Positions 24,415 through 39,983 of a DNA stretch of 64,000 bases are shown here, piece after piece (the first letter of the stretch is position 1; each line of letters starts with the position of its first letter). The notes under the pieces were generated by a model. That model had not been told where the DNA came from. It ran no database searches and saw only the letters and a program-made list of their open reading frames with translations. The position numbers and the translations under genes were made by a program. Origin of the DNA: Paraspadella gotoi (lineage: Eukaryota > Animalia > Chaetognatha); contig CM119263.1 in assembly GCA_051294375.1 (NCBI GenBank), positions 11,120,703 to 11,184,702 of the forward strand, given 5' to 3'.

Positions 24415-25973
24415 ATTGGATTCGTGGTAAAAAAAAAGAGAAAAAAATAAAGAGAAAAGCTCACGGCTTTATCACTCCCATCCGCTTTAATCTGTCTCTC
24501 TTTTATTTCACCGTCGGGTTTCCGTTCCATTCAATCTCCTTTCGCCTTCTAACCCACAGACAGGCACCGACCGCGACCGACCGTCATCGACGAATACCGA
24601 TCATCACCGAACATCACCGACTCTCGCCGACCGTCACCGTCATCCTGAAATTTGAACTTTCAACTTCTCTCAGTCTTTCGTCTGTAAACTGAAGTTGCAT
24701 TCACCCATTTGACTCTGAAATGTCCAATGTACAATTGTACATCCCTGCCCCGCCCATTTCTGACCTTCCTACCTGCTACTAAAATATTTTAATTTTTAAA
24801 AAAAAGTTAAAAAATATCCAATAACTAACTCCTTGCAAATCCATTTCTCCCCAATCACCTCTTTCAACCATCCTTCCCACAATCTCCTTTAATTTATCTC
24901 TTCTTCTCTCATTCCCCCTAATCCTCCCAGTTTCCGCCATCTTGCCCAGTTTATCCCTTTTTCTCTTTAATCCCTTATCTCCACATCTCTTCACGTAATC
25001 TATCCCTAATTCCTTCCGACCCATTGTCCTTTCCCATCGATCCACTCCCCCACTCCCCATCTATCCCCCGGAACCCCTCGTCCCCCATCGACACGCCGCG
25101 TCGAAAACCCCATCACCCAAGTCTTCCCATTTTTCCACCCGCAGTTCGGATCCGTTGGAATCCGCGAATATTAAAGCTGCTCTTCTAATTCCTTCTGACA
25201 ATCATCCGAAGCTTTTCATCCTTCTCCGTCACAAATGGTTTCTTTCCGTTGATCCGCGCGGCGGAGCGAGCGCGGAAATTATCTCACACGCACGGAAGAA
25301 AAAAAAAAGTATGAGAATCATTGAGATTTAAGCGAACGTTTCGAATCCGGTTGGTCTCATCGCCGCCGCTCGAGATCGAGGCGCCAAAATTCAAACGGTG
25401 ATTAAAACTAAAGAATTGAAACGCGCTCGAGGGAAGAATATTGAGAATCTTATTTCAGGATGAAAAATTCGTCTGTCTGTTTGTCGGTTTGTCTACTTAT
25501 TGAATCAAATGTACATAGTTCAAGGGATGTTTGTTAAAATTCAAAAAAGCCAACAATCAATCGACAATCAATCTATTCCGAGTTGAAAGATTGTTTAAAC
25601 AATCGTCAATCGATCAGCAATCATTAATCAAAAATCAAACTTCACAGTTAAAAGAATGTTTTTGAAATGACTTTAGATATTATTAAAACCCACCCATTTG
25701 GCTGTTTATGAATGAAAAAGGAAATCTGCAGGGTAAAATTTATTCCTGATCCATAATCTTTCCTAACGTCGCAGATGCCAGGTCACGTGACCTTTGAACG
25801 TTGAGAGTCTCATCCATCATCGTCGGTCTAAAGTCGAATCCTTTCGCTCCTTGCAAGCCTTGGCGACTAAGGCAGCGTGACAGCTTGACTGCGTGACAGC
25901 GTGACAGCGTCGGTGACGCCTGTCGTCGATTAACCTTCGGCAATTAGTACCCGAGAGGAGAGTGCCAAGTCGT

Positions 25974-26004
<31 letters not shown>

Positions 26005-26010
26005 TCTCTC

Positions 26011-26072
<62 letters not shown>

Positions 26073-26301
26073 ACTCCCTCGAAACGCTTTCACCTCTGCA
26101 CGCTCTCCTAGCAAATCGTGAGCTAATCGTGAGCGAATCTCGCTATCTCACCAATTTCCATTCCGCTTCCTTAAAAAAATGTGATGGAATTGTCCGGAAA
26201 AAAAAAAGAAAAAATTTCGGCGAAAATTGGAGGAAAATCCACGGCCGAAGAAAGAGAGAGAGAGACCTTCCAGGAAGATAAATATTCTTGTTAAAATCCT
26301 C

Positions 26302-26386
<85 letters not shown>

Positions 26387-27243
26387 TCCTTCCGTCTTTC
26401 ATCTCCTAATCCCCCAAAGGCTCTTCGTTTCCTCCAAAAAGACCGAGTAACGAATTTGGCCGTTGGTCTTGGAATCGTCGACGTCGTCGTTGTTGTTGTG
26501 ATTGCCTGCTCAGTGCTCATTTCCTAGGCTACATTCAACAATGAGTGATAGCTGTTAATCTCATACAACGAAATATAAAAAAGACAATACGCGTCATACT
26601 CGGGATTCGAAACCGCGTATTCACTTGTCTAATTTACCTTTCTATCAAATCTTCTACGGATCAGCTTCGTTGTTTTCGTTGTTGTTGTCGTCGTCGTCGT
26701 CGTTTTCGTCGTCGTCAGGCGGCACTTCAAAGGGCATTTCATCTCCTCTTCTTTCTCCGCCTTTCATCTGTTTTCGCGAGGGTGCTAAAGTTGTTTTTTT
26801 TTTACCCCTAATCCCCTTTTATTTCTTTCCTTACCGTTTCTTCCCTCTCTTTTTTTTTCCTTTGCTCTTTGTTTGACTCTTTCTTCTTCTGTTTGCTATT
26901 ATTCGCTCTGTTTTGTTCCTTTTTTCTCCTCTTTATTTTTTCTTATATCGAGTTTACCGCTTTCTTTTTTAGCTTCTATCTTTTCCCCGTTTATTTTATA
27001 ATTTTTTCTCTTAAGTATATTCTATATACGTATAGTTTCTGCCGTTTATTCTTATTGTTTGCCGTCCGTCCTTTCTCTTTCCAATTCTCTCTGTTTTGTT
27101 TCTTTTTTTTTTCTTTCCTTATTTCTATTTTCTTTCCACATTTGCGCGCGACGCCATTTTGTCGGAAGGTGCCGCCGTATTTCCCGACGGCGCTCCCTTT
27201 CCCGCTCTGACGTGGAAGAGGAGAAAACATGGGCTGCGGGATT

Positions 27244-27377
<134 letters not shown>

Positions 27378-28072
27378 GATGTTATGATTCAGTCATCGTC
27401 TTAATGTCTGGGTTTGCTCCAAATTTGTTTTTCCTAATCATAAACCAAACGTGAACTCGTTCGAAGAAAAAAAAAATTTGAAAGGATGACTGCTAATTAA
27501 GAATTGTTTTCGCTAACTAAGCGAGCTGCCGCAACCTCGAAACAACGGAAATTTCAATTGCAGGAGATTTAATTGGGGATCGTAACCGAAATTCACAAAA
27601 GGCTTTTTCATCGAATTTGCGAGCGAGCTCCAAAGCTCCAGGTTGTCTGGTTCTTTAGTTTTTCCGTTTTCCTTTCGGCGTGGCTTACTGCTATAAAACA
27701 AACGACAGCGCTTTGCACGCCGCTGAGCCATGAAATTAAAAGTAAAGTGTCATTAAAAGTAAAGACGAAAAAAAAAGTTAATCGTATTGTTGGGAGAAAT
27801 TGTTTTTGTATTTTAAATGCTTAATTGTTCGCAATATCTGGACATTAAACTAAACAACGAAAGTTACTCCGCCATCTGTTGTCTATTTAAAAAGCTGTAA
27901 ACGCGGGGAGCGGTCGCCAAGGAAACGTCGCCAGTCGCCTCGACAGAAAAGCGAAGGTGTGGCTCCAATTCCCGGGGAAACTCGATATAACTTGTCTCAT
28001 AACGCATTTATTATTAACTCGCTCGCTCGTTGCCGGTGAAACAATGGCAGCTCGAATTGAGAGCCATTCCCA

Positions 28073-28112
<40 letters not shown>

Positions 28113-29125
28113 ATGTATCGCTCGTTTCACTATCTCGCACACAGTCATACATAAGTGACGCGGTTTTTCTCTCTTTTCCGTTGGACCGAAATGATTATTC
28201 ATCCGCGGCTCCAGTTTCCACATTTTCTTCGACTCCCAACGGAAACTTGCCTTCGAATGCCATTAAAGTCAAGGCGTTACGCTCTCTTTTTATCTAACTC
28301 AATTTTTTTTTAGTAATGTATGTAGCTAACTAGCTATTTCTTTATTTCTTTCTTTCTTGTTTAAATTTTGTTTTTTTTCACTACCGCTGTTTTTCTTCTT
28401 TTTTTTTCGTTTCTTTAACTTCGCTTTTTTTATATATCATTTTTTTCTCTGTATCCTTCTTTTTTCATTCCTTTCTTACATTTTGATTTTTGACGATTTT
28501 TTTCATATTGAGACTTGAAACTTGTGAACCTATAGTTCCCGTTTTAAATATTCAAGGCCAATTGAACTATTAAATTTAATATCCAAGAAAATTCAATCTG
28601 CATACTATGAAATATCCAAGATATCCACAATATCCATAAACGATCATTTAAAAGTGTTTCCTATCTATTGAAAAAACGTCATTACCTCAACGACACAAAA
28701 GTGGCGACGTTAGCAAAATCTTCGGATAGGAAAGCTCAACTTTTACTCGGAATTACTTATGCCTCCTTCGAGTATGCAAATCATCTCTCATCTACAAATA
28801 ACCTTTTCCCTTAGGCTCGCACCAGTAATGGTAGAAAAAAAAACGATGAAAGGCGAGAGGAAGGGGGAGGTTGGGGTCTAGAAGGGGGGGGGGGAATTTC
28901 CACTTCCCAGTGGAGAACGCAAACCGCGAATCGTTTTTAAAAGCTTTTTTTTCTGTAATGAAAGAAAGAGTCGCTCTTCTTTTTTTTTAGAAAATATAAT
29001 TGCTTTGTTATTAGGACGTAAATTGGATTACGGTTCGTGTCTTTTCACAATCAGAGATGGCGTTTCTTCGTTTGAAGTTTTTTCTTGAGTACATTAGGTG
29101 AAATCTAATGTAACATAATTGTCTC

Positions 29126-29265
29126 TATGAATGTCTACACACAGACATGAGGAGAGAGAGAGAGAGAGAGAGAGAGAGGAGGAGAGAGAGAGAGAGAGAA
29201 GATATTCATCATTATGAATATGAATATTCTGTGTGAATGTCTACACACAGAATGGGACGAGAGAG

Positions 29266-29302
<37 letters not shown>

Positions 29303-29450
29303 AGAGAGAGAGATATTCATCATTATGAATTATGAATATTCTGTGTGAATTGTCTACACACAGAATGACCGAGAGAGGATGAGGAAGAGGAGAGGAGAGA
29401 AGAGGAGAGAGATGAGAGAGAGATAGAGAAATATTCATTTATGAAGAGGG
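29126..29450. repeat. Tandem repeat of about 110 bp x3 containing (GA)n and two short palindromes
   Basis: Recurring unit TGTCTACACACAGA..(GA)n..ATATTCATCATTATGAATAT..TCTGTGTGAA. Confidence 0.75.
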
Positions 29451-30013
29451 AAAATTAACGCTTTATCAAATGACCAGAGGTTAGCATTGTCGACAGCACT
29501 GCAGCCCATTCCCCTTAAAATGATGTATTTTCAGGATGTCCTTAAATTGACCAGGAAGAGTATATAAATAATAGAGTAATTACATATCATAAAACGCAAA
29601 GAGATCAAATGGTAAAAAGCAAAATAATAATCAATAAATCGACTCGCCTCGAGTTATGGGAGGCACCGCCGGTATAAAATGAAAAAAAAACACATTTTTT
29701 ATAAAGCTCATGAATATTCCAGAGAAACAAGAAGGAAAATGAAGAGTTAAAAGAAAAAAATGGAAATTTCAACAAAGGGAAGCCCATGTAGAGAATCTCA
29801 ATCTTGAAAGAAAAAGAACAAGGAAAGGAATCGATGAAGGGGAGAGAGAGAGAAAAAAAAAGGGAAAAAAAAGAAAAGAAAAGAGATAAAAAATAATTTT
29901 ATTTGATATTTCGTCTATTAATTACGAAAAAGGGAATAATTTTATTTTAAATATCACCAACGGGAACTTCAGAGAGCGAGGAACCGACAAGAGTTTTTTT
30001 TTTTTTTTTTTTT

Positions 30014-30764
30014 NNNNNNNNNNNNNNNNNNNNNNNNNNNNNNNNNNNNNNNNNNNNNNNNNNNNNNNNNNNNNNNNNNNNNNNNNNNNNNNNNNNNNNN
30101 NNNNNNNNNNNNNNNNNNNNNNNNNNNNNNNNNNNNNNNNNNNNNNNNNNNNNNNNNNNNNNNNCAAAGAGAAAAAGGGAAAATCGATATTTCGATAACA
30201 GAGAGGAAAATCTGACCAAAGGAGAGAAAAATAAATAGAGCGAAAGATAAAAAGAGAATAAAAATNNNNNNNNNNNNNNNNNNNNNNNNNNNNNNNNNNN
30301 NNNNNNNNNNNNNNNNNNNNNNNNNNNNNNNNNNNNNNNNNNNNNNNNNNNNNNNNNNNNNNNNNNNNNNNNNNNNNNNNNNNNNNNNNNNNNNNNNNNN
30401 NNNNNNNNNNNNNNNNNNNNNNNNNNNNNNNNNNNNNNNNNNNNNNNNNNNNNNNNNNNNNNNNNNNNNNNNNNNNNNNNNNNNNNNNNNNNNNNNNNNN
30501 NNNNNNNNGAGAGAGAAATATTCATTTATGAAGAGGGACCTTCGATTTAAAGGCACCGGATGGAGCGAGGGTCGGGGTTCATTGACCTTTTGTCTGCGCA
30601 AATTTTGTTATATCCGTTTTCGTTAAAAGCGTTCGCCGTCAAAGATGGCGTCGACAACTCTCGGGCTCAGGACGAAGATGAAAGTTGCCACGTAAGGCTT
30701 TTACAGAGAAAAAAGGAAAACGCGCGCGAGAAAAAAAAANNNNNNNNNNNNNNNNNNNNNNNNN
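30014..30764. other. Assembly gaps
   Basis: N runs at 30014-30164, 30266-30508 and 30740-30764. Others at 2299-2323, 4387-4411, 15735-15759 (each 25 N), 16074-16092 and 57896-57905. Confidence 0.99.
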
Positions 30765-33700
30765 TCACACAGTAATCATCATATTCATAATGATGAATAT
30801 TCTCTCTCTCCTCTTCTCAGCTCTCTCTCTCTCTCTCTGCTCTCTCTCTGCTCGATTCCTCGTCGTGTAACTTCATAGAAGCAATTATGTTTACAGTTAC
30901 GATTTCACCTAAATGTCTCATATAGAAAAAAAACTTCATAACGAAAAGAGAAGAAAGCGCCATCTCTGATTGTATGAAAAGATCACGAACCGGTAATCCC
31001 GATTACGTAACGTCCTAATAACAAGAGCAATTATTTTCTAAAAAAAAGTTAAGAGAGCGAACTCTTTCTTTCATTAACAGAAAAAAAAAAGCTTTTTAAA
31101 AACGCATTCGCGGTTTCGTTCCCTACTGGGAAGTGGAAATTTCCCCCCCCCCCCCTTACTAGACCCAACTCCCTCCTTCTCTCGCTTTCATTCGTTTTTT
31201 TTTCTACCATTCACGTGCTGAGCCTAAGGAAAAGGTATAAATTTTAGTATGAAGAGAATATTTGCATATTCCGAAGAGGACATAAGTAATTCCGAGGTTA
31301 AATATTGAGCCTTCCCATATCCGAAGATTTTTCGCTAAACGTCCCCTCGCCCACTTTTGTGTGTTGGTTGAGCTGATCAATGACTGGGTAATGACTTTTT
31401 TTCCAATAGATAGATGAAACACTTTAAATTGATCGTTTATGATCATTGTGGATTAGCTTGTGAATTTCATAGTATGCAAGCATTGAATTTCTTGGATATT
31501 AAATTTAATTAGTTCAATTGGCCTTGAATATTCTTTAAAACGGGAAACTAGTTAGGGTTCACAGAAGTTTCAAGTCTCAATATGAAAAAAATCGTCAAAA
31601 ATAAAATGTAAGAAAGGAATGAAAAAGAGGATACAAAGAGAAAGAACATACATGATATAAAAAAAAGCGAGTAGTTTAAAGAAACGAAAAAAAAGAAAGA
31701 TAATAAACAGCGGTTAGTGAAAAAAAAACAAAAATTTTAAACAAGAAGAAGAAATAAAAGAAATAGCTTAGTTAAGCTACAGTACATTACTAAAAAAATA
31801 AATGAGTTAGAATATAAAAAAATGATGAGTCGTAAACCCGCCTTGACTTAATGGCAATTCGAAGCAATGTTCCGTTGGGAAGCGAAAAAAATGTGGAAAC
31901 TGGAAGAGCCGCGGAATCTATGAATAATCATTTCGTTCCAACGAAAAATGAACGAGAAAAACCATGCGTCAGCTTATGGTATGAGCTAGTGTGCCGAAGA
32001 TAGTGAAACGAGCTACATAATAGTCAGAGAAGAGAAGAGAGGAGAGAAGAGGAGATAATTGGGAATGAGCTCTCAATTTCCAGTTGCATTGTTTCACCGG
32101 CAACGCGTGCGAGTCAGAGTTTAATAATTAAATGCTATGAGACAAGTTATATCGAGTTATTCCGGAATTGGAGCCACACCTTTTCGCTTTTTGTCGAGCG
32201 GATGGCGACGTTTTCCTTGGCGACCGCTCCCGCGTTATACAGCTTTTTAATAATAGACAACAGATGGCGGCGAGAGATTTTAGTAACTTGTTCGGTATTT
32301 AGTTTATAATGTTCCATGATATTTGCGGAAAACAATTAAGCAATTTAAAATACAAAAACAATTCTCGCTCCAACAATACGAATTAATTTTTTTTTCGTTT
32401 CCTTTACTTTAATGACACTTTACTTTTAATTCTATGGGCTCAGCGGCGTGCAATAAACGCTCGTTCGTTTTGTTTACTAGCAGTAAGCCACGCCGAAAGT
32501 GGAAAACGGTGAACAAAAAAATCTCAAAGAAACTCATCCAAACCTGGAGCTTGGAGACTCGCTCGCAAATTCGATGAAAAAGCCTTCTTGTGAATTTCTT
32601 GGTTACGTATCCCCAAATTTAAATCTCCCCTGCAATGAAATTTCCGTTTGTTTCCGAGTTGCGGCCAAGCTCCGCTTAGTGGTAGCGAACACAATTCCTT
32701 AAATTAGCAGTCATCCTTTCAAAGATTTTTTTCTATCGAACGTAGTTCACGTTGTTGTGTTGATGGATTGTAGGGAAGAAAAACAAATTTGGGAGCGAAA
32801 CCCAAGACGATTAAGACCGGATGACTGAATCATTAAGCGTATCTTCAGAGAGAGACGGGAGAGGAGATGAGGAAGGATGGAGAGAGGAGGAGGATGATGG
32901 AGATGACGGAAGACGAGAGAGAGGAGAGAGGAGAGACGGATAGATAGAGAGAGAGAGATAATCCCCGCAGCCCATGTTCTTTCCCTCTTCCACGTCAGAG
33001 CGGGAAAAGGGAGCGCCGTCGGAAATAGCCTCGGCGAACAACCTTCGACAAAATGGCGTCGCGCGCGCAAATGGAGATAAGAATAATAAGAATATAAAAG
33101 GATAAGAAAAAAAAAAAAGAACCAAAACAGAGAGAATTGAAAGAGAAAAGTACGGACGGCAAACAAAAAGATATACACGGCAGAAACTACTACGTATATA
33201 AGAAGTATACTTAAAGAGAAAATAAAATAAGGCGAATATATAAAGATAGAAGCTAAAAAAGAAAGCGGTAATACTCGATTATAAAAAATTGAAATTAAAA
33301 ATAAAGAGAGAGAAAAAAAGGAACAAAACAGCACTGGAATAATAGCAAACAGAAGAAGTATTATATAGTTCAAACAAAGAGCAAAAGGAAAAAAAAAAAA
33401 AAGAGATGGAAGAAACGGTAAGGAAAGAAAATAAAATGCGGGGTTAGGAGCGTAAAAAAAAACAACCCTTTGCCACCCCTCCCTTCGCGTAAAACAGATG
33501 ATGAAAGCGAGAAACGAAGAGGGATGAAATGCCCTTGTGAGCTTAGGTCGCCGCTGACGAACGACGAAAAACGACCGACACGAGACAACAACAACGAAGA
33601 AACAAGCTTCGATTCTCGTAGAAGATTTGATAGAAAGGGTAATTAGACAGTTGCAGGATACACTAGCGCGGTTCCGAACTCCGAGTTATACGTATTGTCT

Positions 33701-36700
33701 TTTTTATATTATCGTTTATGAGCATTAACAGCTATCACTCCTTGTTGATTGTAGCCTAGGAAATGACGCACTGAGCAGTCAATTCACAACAAGTAATCAT
33801 CACACTCGTCCATTTTCCAAGACCAACCGGCCAAATTCGTTACTCGGTCTTTTGGAGGAAAACAAAGGCCTTTGGTGTGGATTTAGAGAATGAAAAGACG
33901 GAAGAGAGAGAGATGGAGAAGTAGATAGGAGAGAGAGAGGAGAGGAGGAGAGAGAGATGGAGAGAAGGGGTGGATGAGTGTGGCGGAAGATGGAGAGTGT
34001 GTGCGGGGGGGGGAGGGAGAAGAGATGAGAGAGGAGAAGAGGAGGGAGATTACTAAGTGCAGAGAAAATAATTTATCTTCCTGGAAGGCTCCGTCCTCTT
34101 CGGTCGCCTAATTTGATCTTGTCTAATTGTCGGCCGGGATATTTCTCTTTTCGCCGATTTTTTTTTTTTTTTGCCGGACAATTCCATCACATTTGTTTTA
34201 AGGAAGCGTGAGATTGGAAGACAGATCGCTCCGGTTGGAGCCAAGAGGTTTAGAGAAGCGTGAGAGTTAAGAGCGCTGTCACGATTGGAAGACTGAGGAA
34301 ATGATGCAGGAGAGCGATCAGAGAGTCGTGAAAGAGAGGATCGGATGGGATGTGAGAGAGGAGAGGGAGAAGAGAGAGGATGATGAGAGACGAGATGATC
34401 GAGAGATTGAGAGATAAGAGAGGAGCAGGGAGGGGGAACGACCTGGCACTCTCCTCTCCTGGTACTAATTCCCCCGAAGTGTTAATGTCGCACGACAGAG
34501 CGTCACGACGCTGTTCACGCTGTCACGCAAGTCAAGCTGTCACGGCATGCCCTTTTAGTCGCCAAGGCTTGCACATGAGCGAAAGGATTTCGACTTTTAA
34601 GACCGCGATTGATGGATGCAGACTCTTCAACGGTTCAAAAGGTCACGTGACCGGGCGATCTGCGACGTGTTAGGAAAGATAATGGATCAGAAATTAAAAT
34701 TTTACCCTGCAGATTTTCCCCCTTCTTCATTCATAAACAGCCAAGATGGGTGGGGCGTTTAATAATAATCTAAAGTATTTCAAAAACATTCTTTTTAATA
34801 TGTGGAGTGTGAAAGTAAGAAACTTTTTATGATATTAATGATTGCTGATCGATTGACGATTGTTTAAACAATCTTTCAACTCGGAATAGACTTGATTGTC
34901 GATTGATTTGTGCTTTTTTGAATTTTAACAAACATCCCTTGAACTATTACATTTGATTCAATAAGTAGACAACCGACAACAGACAGACAGAATTTTTCAT
35001 CCTGAATGAAAGATTCTCAATAGCGTTTCTCCCTCCGAGCGCGTTCTTCAATTCTTTAGTTATCCACTCGTTTTGAATTTTGGGCGGCCTCGATCTCGAG
35101 AGCGTGGCGGATGGGACGACAGACCACCCGAGTCTCGGAATCAATTCGCTTAAAATCTCAATATTCTCATACTTTTTATTTTTCTTCCGTGCGTGTTGAT
35201 CGAATTTCCGCGCTCGCTCCGCCCGCGGCGGTATCAGAGCGGAAAGAAACCAGTTTTGACGGAGAGGATGAAAAGCTTCCGATGATTGTCAGAAGGAATT
35301 AGAAGAGCAGCTTATAATATTCGCGCGCGAATTCCAACGGATCGTCGAACTGCGGGTGGGAAAACATGGGAAGACTATGGTGATGGGGTTTCGACGCGCG
35401 TCACTAGTGTCGATGGGGAACGAGGTTCCGGGGGATAGATGGGAGTGGGTGAGTGGATCGATGGGAAAGGACAATGGTCGGAAGGCAATTAGGGTAGATT
35501 ACCGTGAGAGATGTGCGTGGAGAATAAGGGACTTAAAGAGAAAAAGGGATAATAGATCTAAGCTGGGCAAGATGGCGAAACTGGAGGATATAGGTGGGAA
35601 TGAGAGATTAGAAGAGATAATTAAAGAATTGTGGGTAAGGATGGTATGTGTTTGGAAGACGTGTGATGTGGAGGAATATGTGATATTGCAAAGGAAGTTG
35701 TTATGATAGATATTTTGTAACTTTTTATTGAAAAAATTAAAAATAATCCGCTTGGAGTTCAGTAGCATGGTGTAGGCAATGGTCAGAAATGGCGGGGCAG
35801 GGAAGGTGGCTACCAATTGTTAGTCATGCCATTTAGGTAGTTGGTCAGAGGGGGTAGTGTGTGAATGCACAAGCTTCAGGTTAAGACGGACATGAAGACC
35901 TGATGAGAGTTGGAAAGTTCAAATTTCAGGGATGGACGGTTGTGCGGTCTTCTGCTGTTTAAGTAGTCTTGTATTTGGTTTTGTTGTCGTATTCGTCGTA
36001 TGTGATCTTCGGTCCGGTTGTCTGCGTGTTTCATCTCTCGAGCCGTGCCGTCTGTTGGGTTAGTAGAAGCGAAAGGGCGAGATTGAATGGAACGGGAAAC
36101 CGAGGGGCGGTGGCAAATAAAAGAGAGACAGAATTAAGAGCGATGGGAGTGATTAAAGCCGTGAGTTTTCTCGTCTTTATTTTCTTTTCTCTTTTTTTTG
36201 GTTGACGACGAATCACATGAGAAAGAGAGCACGAAGAGAGGAGTGGAGGAGAGTGAGGGACTAGAGGAGCGGAGGTAGCGGATGGATACAAGTGATGAGG
36301 AATGAGAGGATGAGGGATGGACGAGAGAGGCGTAAGTGAAGAGAGAGGGAGAGGAGAGGAGGAGAAAAGGAAGATATACGAGAATGACCAAGAAGCCAAA
36401 GACAAGAGAGCCCGTTAATGGGGAGAGGGGGGGTTAACCGCTGCGTCGGGTTGAAGAGATGAGATGTAGAGAGAGAGAGGAGAGAGGAGAAGAGGAGAAG
36501 AGAGAGGAGAGAGGGAAGAGACGAGAGAGGAGAGGAGAGAGAGAGAGAGAGACTAGAAATATTTACGTTTGACTGAAGAGGACCTTCGGATTAAAAGGCA
36601 ACCGGATGGAGGCGAGGCGGGGATTCATTAGAACCCTGTTTGTCTGCGCAATTGTTCTATATCGTTCGTTTAAAACTAAGTTCCGCGTCGGCGTTCGCCT

Positions 36701-37106
36701 GTCAAAAAGATGGCTCGACAAACACATCTCGGCTCAAGACGGAAGATGAAAGTCTGACCACGTAAGGCTTTTACGAGAAAAAGGAAAACGCGCGCGGAAA
36801 AAAAAAAGGACCGCAGACTTAAAAAGAAAGGATTAAGAGGAGAGAGAGTGAGAGAGAGAGAGAGAGATGAGAGGCAGAGAGAGAGGAGAGAGAGAGAGAG
36901 AGAGAGAGAGACCGAGAGGAGGAGAGAGAGAATCGGGAATGGAAATTTTTGTTTCGCGTTCGAGTCAATTTAAAACGAACCGGCGTGAGAAGTAATGTCA
37001 CTAATTCGTCTAAGACGGTGTCAAAACGGGAGAACCTACCTGTTCTCATATCCGGGACGGAAGAAAGGGTATATCGGCGTGTAATTGAAGAGAAGAAGGG
37101 AGGTGA

Positions 37107-37148
<42 letters not shown>

Positions 37149-38585
37149 CATACCATACTGGGATTATTGAAACAACTTAGACCGGTACCAGGTAGAGGTA
37201 CAATCCAGTACGTTCACAAAACCGGACACTGTTCAATGGGCAATGGACAATCGGACATATCTTTTTGGGTTGTAAGATTTAAACTGAAAAGTCCTTTAAT
37301 ACTTTTATAAATGGAAAATGCTTTATCTTTAATGATGCGCTTTAATTTTCTATCGCTGCGAGATGAGCGAAAGACCTTGCCCTTTTGTTTCGAAACGAAT
37401 TACGTTTGGGCGAAATTCTAATATCGGGGATCAGAAGCGACGCGGTGCTGAGATAAGGGTAAGTCCATTAGCGAGGTCGACAACGAAGGAAATTTGGTCG
37501 AGGTAATCAGGAAAAGAGATTCGTTTTCTCTATTGGGTCGACTTGGGGTGAGGTCTGAGGAGGGATGAGGAGGAGGTAAGTCGAGATGAGATGAGACGAG
37601 GTGAGGCGGTTGAGGCGACCGTGAAGAGATGAAAGTCGGTTGAGATTTCGACGCGAATTAATTCCGATCTCTTGAAACCTGAGAGTTTTTTTTCTCTGGA
37701 AGGAAACTGCTGGTTGGGAAGAGATTATGTTAACTCGGAGATTTGCTATACTGACAGATCAATATTAAAAGACTTGTTATAAAAAAACAAAAAAAAAAGA
37801 GCTTCAATGAAATTGGTAATTGTTAGTTTTGTTACAATTAATCTTTGCAACCAAAAACTATTTTAAAATCAGACATTGTGTAAATCCTTTCTTTTGTTGT
37901 GTTTGTGAGATATAGAGATTTTGATTTTAGATGAAGACTTGCATCGATACTAATAGAATCGTTTTTCAAAACTAAAATCAAAATCTCTCTAAAATCAAAC
38001 ATAAAACTGGTATTTGTGTAAGGATGAGAAAAAAGAAAGATTGTTAAAAAACGTATTTCATGAGTTTGAGATTTTCCTTTACAAACAAATCCAAATAAAA
38101 ATTTACCGATTTTTTTCTGTTAGAAATCAATTCGAGAATTTTACTTCTTTTCTTTTTGTGATGGAATTCATTTTATTTTCCTTATAACTCTGGTTGGGTC
38201 TTCGCGGGAGGCCTCGGGATTCGGCGATGGAAAGGAGGAGACAGAGAGAGAGAGAAAAACCGGGGAAAGATTATCGAGGAAACAAATGGGATTTCGTCGT
38301 CTCGCGGGAGAAGGCGCTCGCGAGCGGAAGGAGGCGCTCGAGCGCGTAAACATTTCCGGGAAAAGATAAAAGCGCAATCATTATGGCTGATGGTTAATTT
38401 ATAGATCCACCGTTTCTCTCGTCTTATCGAAGTTTTTGGAGGATTCGGGGTCTTGAGGTCTCGCTATTGCCTTTCACGCTTTTCAAACCTCAATTCAACT
38501 CTTTTCTTCTACTTTCGACGTTTTTCATTTCGCTTCTCATTCGCTTTACTTACCCTTCACTCACCCCCCCACCTTCTCTCCCCAG

Positions 38586-39069
38586 CCTCCACTCCGAGAT
38601 GGACTACTCCTTCGACGTGGCCGCCTTCGGATCTCGCCTCCAACTTCCGGGACAGAAAATCGGCGGCGTCTCGGGACTGGGCGCCCCGCCATCGGCGCCC
38701 TCGGGTCTAGCGGCACCGGCTTCGGGAGGCGCTGGTTCGATGGGCGTATCTCCTTCCGGCGGCGGCGCCCCAATGTCGCCGCCGTCCGGTCCGAACGAGG
38801 GAAACTACGCCAACCATTTGACTCTGTCGGGATCGTTCACCAATTTGAGTGAGTTTAAAAATAGACCTCTTCCCTTCCTCGACTTCCCTTCTTCCTCCTC
38901 CGCCCTAATTCTCTAAAAGTCTATTTTTGTCGTTTTGTTTCTCTTTATTTTGGTCGCTTTATGTTGTTGTACCATTTGCTACTCGGCAATTTTCATCGTT
39001 TTCTCACTACCCTCAACCACTTCGCGACCTTTTGCTTCCCCTTGATTCCCTCTCTCTGCTCTTCTCTCA

Positions 39070-39102
<33 letters not shown>

Positions 39103-39916
39103 ATCTTCTCTCTCTTCTCCTCTCTCATCTCTCTTCTGCTCTCTCGTCGGATTGAAGCCTTGACTTCTGATCGGTTTTGACTAAAAATAGTCGCGAATTT
39201 ATGGGACCTTAATCCTCGCTAAATCCTCGACGGCGTTGGGACGAAATAAAAAAGGTTATTTTTCGTTTGTAACCAAATTCTTTTTCACTTTGTCTTTGAC
39301 GTGCCTGAATGCAGACTTACTATATAGACTAATTCATGATATAATCGAGAGAATTTATCCGAATAAGGAATATTAACAATACATTAAATCAATACGTCAA
39401 ATCCAAAGCTGATTAGATATTTCAGTACATAAGCTTTGACACTCTTTCCATTTTTTTTACTTTGACGAGAATATTGACCAATAACCATATTAAATAAGTT
39501 TTCTTTTCTTTCCTTTCCTTTTCCTTTCCTTTCCTTCCTTTCCTTCTCCTTCCTTTTCCTTTCATTTCCTTTCATTTCCCTTCCTTTCCTTTCCTTTCCT
39601 TTCCTTTTCCTTTCCTTTCCTTCCTTTCCTTTTCCTTTCCTTTCCTTTCCTTTCCTTTCCTTTCCATTTCCTATTCCTTTTCCGTTGTCTTTCCCAAAAC
39701 TCTTTCTCACAGCTCAAGACTAATGTTTACACCGCCCGAAATCGAAACCCAAACGAATATATACTCCCCAGTCCCCAGTCCCCCCATTCCCTACTGCCTC
39801 CCCAGTCCCCACTGATACCCTCTGCTTCCCAATGCCTCACTCCCTGCACCCTTTTCTCTGCCACTTATCATATCCACGTTTCTCAGCTCTCGTTTCTCTA
39901 ATCACGACAAATTGTT

Positions 39917-39983
<67 letters not shown>

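Noticed and set aside
29922-30601. ORFs spanning X residues
   Set aside because: Artefacts of translating N gaps.
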